Source: Octopus sinensis
Taxonomy: Eukaryota
DNA: 21,438 nucleotides
Direction: 5' to 3'
Assembly: GCF_006345805.1 (NCBI RefSeq)
Contig: NW_021823760.1
Location: 1 to 21,438, forward strand
The stretch's first letter is position 1. Each line of letters opens with the position of its first letter. This document shows positions 20,913 to 21,438 of this stretch, in pieces. The notes under the pieces were generated by a model that did no database searches, was not told the DNA's origin, and was given only the letters and a program-made list of their open reading frames with translations. Both the position numbers and the translations under genes were made by a program.

Positions 20913-21438
20913 CTCATACAGAAAATAAATTAATTATACAATTAAAAACTCACAACCAATCTCAATACTAAACACTCTTATGAAAACAACAATAAAACAT
21001 CGTAATTAACCAGAATATCAAAATAACATTATGACATAAGGATAAATCAAATACATACTTACAATTCAGTTACAAATTATGAAGTGAAATTAGATTTTTA
21101 GCCGTAAAAAAACCAAACAAAATTACGTTACCATGGAAATAACTAATGTAAAAAAAGAATACGCGCCATAGAAAGTAAACGTCATTCATAGTATGAATGG
21201 AGAAATATAATAAATGGAAATAAAAACTATTTCCACGTAGCAAACCAACGCTACTTAAAAAAATTTATTATGAATGGATTCTTTAAAAAACTATCATGAA
21301 AAACAATATATACATTATGAGCTTAGCTCACCCTAGCAACTCTAACAACAACTTACAGTAACCCATACTCAATGCCTACCTTCATTACCACCCTATAGTC
21401 CACCACCCGGTTACAATTCCCAACTCTACCCATTCATT

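Larger units (their letters stand above)
19541..21438 (-). mobile_element. Putative Penelope-like terminal/non-coding region
   Basis: Minimal hammerhead ~180 bp from a (TA)n boundary, then a long, strand-biased (A/C-rich on +) internally duplicated tract. No RT or GIY-YIG coding is visible, so the class is inferred. Confidence 0.45.

Overview
Eukaryotic, repeat-saturated DNA with no recognisable host gene. The repeat content resembles cephalopod (Octopus-type) genomic DNA; that is recognition from memory, not a database result. Non-LTR retrotransposons: a frameshifted Tx1/L1-like ORF2 3' portion with 3' UTR and (TCTA)n tail (1-1664), an isolated ORF1-like relic (~4830-5780), a CR1-type 3' fragment (7767-8178), and three R4/Dong-like pieces on the minus strand, one with well-preserved RT, CCHC and PD-(D/E)xK domains (15131-17545). 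Non-autonomous repeats: two tRNA-like SINE families (one forms head-plus-trimer arrays and has alternative tails), a non-coding (TAA)n-associated retro-repeat in 4 copies plus a 40-bp stub, a Helentron-type element and a Tigger/pogo derivative. The rest is mostly microsatellite, which explains most long ORFs in the track. The best unannotated signals are two type I hammerhead ribozyme motifs on opposite strands (19003-19115 +, 19718-19760 -), each with a self-complementary stem III, and a 41-nt match between the SINE tail and the Tx1-like LINE 3' end.
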